Part shown: in pieces, positions 59,090-64,000 of the stretch
How positions within the stretch are numbered: position 1 is the first letter of the stretch
How the letters are laid out: every line of letters starts with the position of its first letter
Source: Eledone cirrhosa
Taxonomy: Eukaryota
Assembly (NCBI GenBank): GCA_964016885.1
Contig: OZ024741.1
Location: forward strand, 72,788,001 to 72,852,000
Reading direction: 5' to 3'
DNA length: 64,000 nt
Translations under genes and position numbers: made by a program
The notes under the pieces: generated by a model
Database searches by the model: none
Seen by the model: the letters and a program-made list of their open reading frames with translations, nothing else
What the model was told of the DNA's origin: nothing

Positions 59090-59640
59090 AGTGATAAAGA
59101 TTTGAAAGTAGAAACTAATGTATCGGTTTATTTTCCATGGTTTAACTAATGGAGAGATTTAGTCATTCAGATAAGCAGATCGTGATGTAATATTCAAAAG
59201 CACTCGACGTTATAAGTATCATCCTCCATAGATGTGGTATCTCGTGGCTGGTGCAGGAGCGCAATTAAAACTAGGAGGCCGTATTGATTGCAATATATTC
59301 CATTAATATTTCACAATTTCATAGTACGTATATCTATTACGCCACCAGAACATGATTAAAAAAAATCGGTGATATCATCAGATATAGTGAACATAAAATA
59401 TTTAAAAGATTTAGTTTACTAATCTTTAGTGGGTTACAGAAAATATAAACAAAGAATCGATACGGTGACAGCTCGGCTAGCGATGTAATCACTACGACGG
59501 ATGGTCTTCGTAGGATACATTGCTTGCATTGTTTGAGGACGTACGCCAGCCATGAAAAATACATATGTAATTGTGCAACATTAAAGGAATATGTCGGAAT
59601 CCGGCTTTCTATTTTATTGATATATATGTGTATATATAAT
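59090..59640 (-). mobile_element. Decayed relative of the 3' end of the 10692-12699 element
   Basis: Shared colinear blocks: ctgatgatatcacc, gcctcct, gcacca, acgtYgagtRcttt, aatattacatcaMgat. Confidence 0.5.
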
Positions 59641-59722
59641 GCATGTATATACATACATACATACATACATACATACATACATACATACATACATACATAC
59701 ATACATACATACATACATACAT

Positions 59723-61128
59723 ACAATACTTATGCTGTGCCAACAATACTTATGCTGTGCCAATTCTAACGCCAACATTTGGCCTACTGAACTGGTCATT
59801 GCAAGAACTAAGTGAGATGGGTGTTAGAACTCGAAAACTTCTCAGTGTTACTGAGAACTTTAACATCAATGGTGATGTGGATAGGCTATACTTCTCACGC
59901 AAGGAAGGTGGCCGGGGTCTAAAATCAATATTAACAACATATGAGACCCGGATAGTAACACTGAAGCAACACCTTCAACAGAGGAAAAAGGTTGGCAACC
60001 ATCTTGCCCAGGTTTATGACCATGAAAAAAGAAATATCATTAGAATAGTGACTGATCTGGAGGAGAGATATGGAATAAAGCCTGATATAAATCTCTCACC
60101 CAGAGAAATCGGAAGATCCTATTCAATGTTCAAACAAGATGAAAAAATTGACCAATTTACAGAAAAAGTTGTGCATGGATACTTGAGGCGTAAAACACAG
60201 ACCATAGAGGGGATAAACCACTCAAAAAGCCTGGAATGGAGTTCCGACAAGTTTATGACATCACACCTTGAGGGATATCTCTATGCAATACAGGAACAAG
60301 AACTCCCTACCAAATATCTGCGGCACAAAAGAGGAGGGCCAGCAGCTGACAATAAATGTAGGCTATGTAAAACAAAGATCGAGGATGTAAGCCACGTTGT
60401 TGCCAGCTGCGAAAGAATGTCATCTCGCTACTACCTCCCCATAAGACACGATGGGATAGCTAGAACCATCTGGAACGCACTTCGGAAAACAAAATTAACA
60501 ACAAACGAGGAAGAATATATTGAGACAGATGGCACTAAGGAATTCTGGTGGAACCTGAAAATAAAAACTGCCACCAAATTAAAGCACAACCGGCCTGATA
60601 TTGTAGTTTGGGACCACACATTGAAAACGTGTTCTGTTGTGGAGATCAGCTGCCCACTTGATGTAAACGTTGTCAGAAAAATACAGGAGAAGGAGGACAT
60701 CTACGGACCATTGATGAGGAGTTTACAAATCCAGTATCCAAAATGCACCTTTAGCTTCATACCCATCATTATTGGTGCTACGGGTTATATACCAACCCGC
60801 TTGGACCAAAGTATGACTGAACTTGGATTTGCGGACAAAAAGCGCAGCTCCCTAATTCATAGTCTACAAATGGCTGCGATAGCTGGCACCTTCAAAATTT
60901 GCAAAACATTCTTGCGATTCAAGGGATGACAATTTCTTTTCTTTTACAACAAAATATACTCGAAATTAAGAGAAAGAGAACACATACATGATGGCTGCCC
61001 CCTCGTTATCGAGTATGCCCATTGCACGATATACCATTATTAATAATAATAAATTAACTCTATCGTGCAATGCCTGTGCGTGAAGATATTTTTTAAAGTG
61101 ACGAAAGACTGTGTACCGGAGAAGGCAA
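59723..61128 (+). mobile_element. 5'-truncated R4/Dong-like RLE element inserted in (TACA)n
   Basis: Open frame ~59745-60929: NTYAVP, DVDRLY..RKEGGRGL, AIQEQEL, CRLCKTKIEDVSHVVASC, RHD, HNRPDIVVWD..VEISCP..KEDIY. (TACA)n on both sides; 20-bp tandem duplication at the 5' junction. Confidence 0.9.
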
Positions 61129-61187
61129 CATACATACATACATACATACATACATACATACATACATTTATATATATATATATATAA

Positions 61188-61307
<120 letters not shown>

Positions 61308-61599
61308 GATAAATCTACCAAAATATACGGTAGTGTCCAATCCGTATGAAGAACTCAATGTAATCCAAATATCATGAAAAAGAGAAGATGTATTCAACAT
61401 TTTTTTCGATGAAAATCACAGGAAGACAGCATATATATGTGTAGGTATGTATATTTCCTCTGATAGTTTGTAAAATTTTTACATAGATCTATATGATAAA
61501 CATACCAACACACACATATATATCCTAGAAACGATCGTAAAATGATGAATTTTTTAATATAAGGAATTGTTTCTTTGTTTTTATTCATTGTTGTTATTA

Positions 61600-61697
<98 letters not shown>

Positions 61698-61700
61698 ATG

Positions 61701-61734
<34 letters not shown>

Positions 61735-61757
61735 CATGTATATATGTATATATATAA

Positions 61758-61821
<64 letters not shown>

Positions 61822-61868
61822 ATATATATATGTATATATATATGTATATATATATGTATATATATATG

Positions 61869-61973
<105 letters not shown>

Positions 61974-62069
61974 ATCAAAGGTATACATATCAAAGGTATA
62001 TATTGAGTTAGTAACTCAAAATAGTCTCTTACAATAAAATAGCTCTAAGAAAGAGATATTTCTGAGCCG

Positions 62070-62526
62070 TATATTATAATAGAATATAAAAGAAAAACGA
62101 ACACAGACATATACATATATGTGTTCAAATCGTAAGGGACCAGATTCGCTAAGGTGAAAAGAATACTAACTATAGACATTGGGTTTGCTTGTCTCAATTT
62201 AAGAAAAAAATTAAGAAAATAAATACAAACCGGAATTGTGGTAACTACCAATCACCCAGACAACTTGTTGTTGTTTCGCAAAGTTAATTGTGAATAGAAT
62301 TACCAATCCAAGCTTATCAGTGGGTGATGAATTAGTATCCTAGACACATCTAAGTATGCTATGTATAAAATATATAAAATAGCGCACATGGCATCCTAGC
62401 GTATCTCACAAACCCACACCACTAAAAATAGCAGCCAGGTTTACTCGACATTCAGGTCCCTTACGATTTGAACACATATATGTATATGTCTGTGTTCGTT
62501 TTTCTTTTATATTCTATTATAATATA
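62070..62526. repeat. 72-bp perfect inverted repeat (62070-62141 / 62455-62526) around a ~310-bp spacer, in (TA)n
   Basis: tatattataatagaatataaaagaaaaacgaacacagac...cgtaagggacc and its exact reverse complement. Confidence 0.85.
62252..62327 (-). ncRNA. Type I hammerhead ribozyme (G8A variant)
   Basis: ucaccca-CUGAUAA-gc...gc-GAAAC-aac aacaa guu-GUC-uggguga: 7-bp stem I, 5-bp stem III, GUC triplet. Confidence 0.65.
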
Positions 62527-62570
62527 TATATATACATATACATATTTATGCATATATATATATCAATATT

Positions 62571-62628
<58 letters not shown>

Positions 62629-62836
62629 TTATTGAAAGAATTAATTGACCCGCGTGCATATTATTTTTTTCTTTTATGTTTTGCGATGACCTCCCCTTTC
62701 CGCTTGTTGGCAGTGTGAGATTTCTCATTGTGAGACGGCTGGAATTTCAAATTTGGCGGTCATTCTGGTACGGAGTGGTACCATCGTTGAACATTAATAT
62801 CGGTAAGGTTTTTTTTATATCGATATTTGTCGGGCA

Positions 62837-62964
62837 TCCACTGATGATTTATAAGTCCCCACCTACATATATTCCTACGGACTATGTGTAGGCTTCTGCT
62901 TCTACATAACCTGGACATTATTTTCCCAATTTGTAGAAAACTTATAATGAAACGATCGTTTGGA
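62837..62964 (+). ncRNA. Type I hammerhead ribozyme with a large stem II insertion, in a (TA)n-bounded remnant (62623-63140)
   Basis: ucca-CUGAUGA-u-uuauaagu[~85 nt, two hairpins]acuuauaa-u-GAAAC-gauc-GUU-ugga. Confidence 0.7.
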
Positions 62965-63138
62965 AAGAGAGATGTATTTTAATTATGTCTCATATAAAAT
63001 AATACAACTGGCTATCCGCAAAATACGTATAGTTAGCACCCCAAACGTATAATTGGGATTATAATAAGGTATATCCTAATGTTTGTTGAGTGAGACGGAA
63101 GCCGGTCGGAGTATTGCTTAAAGCTTTCTCTGTTAATG

Positions 63139-63196
<58 letters not shown>

Positions 63197-63199
<3 letters not shown>

Positions 63200-63290
63200 A
63201 GGAAGTTGTAGTTCACTTGATGCATTGTGTAATGAGGTATAAACGTTTGGAGTTGTAAGGCCATGACAATGCAGGTATGGATATAGAATA
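63197..63290 (-). mobile_element. PLE-like 3' terminus related to that of the 12721-15378 element
   Basis: ttgtagttcacttgatgcattgtgtaat...gacaatgcag versus ttgaagtttgcttgaagcattgtggaat...gacaatgcag at ~12728-12802; both abut (TA)n. Confidence 0.5.
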
Positions 63291-63484
63291 TTTTCTCTTC
63301 CAGTCACTGTTTAAACTAGTTCCGACTGGCTTTGTTCAGTTTTCATGCTGCCAGATTTTAGCAACAATATAAAGGTTCTATATAGTTTAGAAGTGTAGTA
63401 CCCAGTGGGTGCAAGGATATCCACCAACATGCCCCACCAGCTAGCTGGGTGGTTGTGGCTGGGGTCTGGTAGCATGTTTAATGT

Positions 63485-63935
63485 TCAGAGGAAGGCTAAA
63501 TACTTGTGCAGGCTATCCAGAGTGAAGCTGGTGTCGACTAGGAATGCGTGATGTTAAAAAGTCTGCGCTAGTTTGATGTTCTCGGGGTCGTCGTCCAGTA
63601 GAAGGATGTTTTCGGCCTTTATGTCCAACTGCGGTGTTTCGTTGTGAAGCTGCGACACCACCCACGAGATGTGTTCCTCCTTGCCGACTGACCACTGCGT
63701 TCGGGTGTTGATCCACTCCGGTGTGTTTCCTCGGACGATGATCTGACCAGTGACCCTTTGAGGTAATGCTAGGGCAAGTATCGAGAGCCGCATCAATCAG
63801 CTGCAAAATAGAGGGTCGGTGTGTTCGAAAAGCTTCTCTACTCCCTCCGTCCACATACCCCCCCCCCCCCCACCCGTATGGATCTCTAACAGGGTCTGGT
63901 CAAAGTCGATTGCCAGAAGTTTGATGTCAAGTCTG
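63485..63935 (-). pseudogene. Degraded HAD-superfamily phosphatase-like reading frame
   Basis: IKLLAIDFDQTLLEIHTGG (DxDxT motif I); after frameshifts GKEEHI (motif III Lys) and ILLLDDDPENIKLA (motif IV). Two frameshifts and a premature TAA at 63554. Confidence 0.65.
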
Positions 63936-64000
63936 CCATTAAATCATTCATCGTTTTCCGAGATTTCTTCTTGTAAAACCAACTGAAATAAGAACTGTGC

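Overview
This is repeat-dense eukaryotic DNA with no intact host gene. The microsatellite and SINE content suggests a coleoid cephalopod such as Octopus (inference). Nearly all of the window is retroelements sorted by the microsatellite they sit in. (1) 1-7.9 kb is a non-coding (GTT)n-ACTTTA-type satellite with higher-order repeats. (2) 9-22 kb and 59-64 kb are (TA)n fields holding one nearly intact Penelope-like element (RT + GIY-YIG), many short pLTR-like remnants, two spacer-less palindromes (290 and ~590 bp) and a 551/555-bp tandem repeat; together these carry about a dozen type I hammerhead ribozyme motifs, and the tandem repeat looks like a retrozyme. (3) 22.3-53.8 kb is a head-to-tail array of six Tx1/L1-clade non-LTR retrotransposons separated only by (ATT)n. 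Decay is polar: three intact units, then a decayed unit, then a more decayed unit with a different 5'UTR/ORF1, then a 5'-truncated diverged unit. (4) 53.8-57.3 kb continues the same ATT tract with a tRNA-derived SINE whose 3' stem-loop resembles the Tx1 3' end, plus two antisense R4/Dong-like RLE elements, one lacking its whole RT. (5) A third RLE element sits in (TACA)n, and a degraded HAD-family phosphatase reading frame lies at the right end. All structures and alignments were read by eye; no searches were run.
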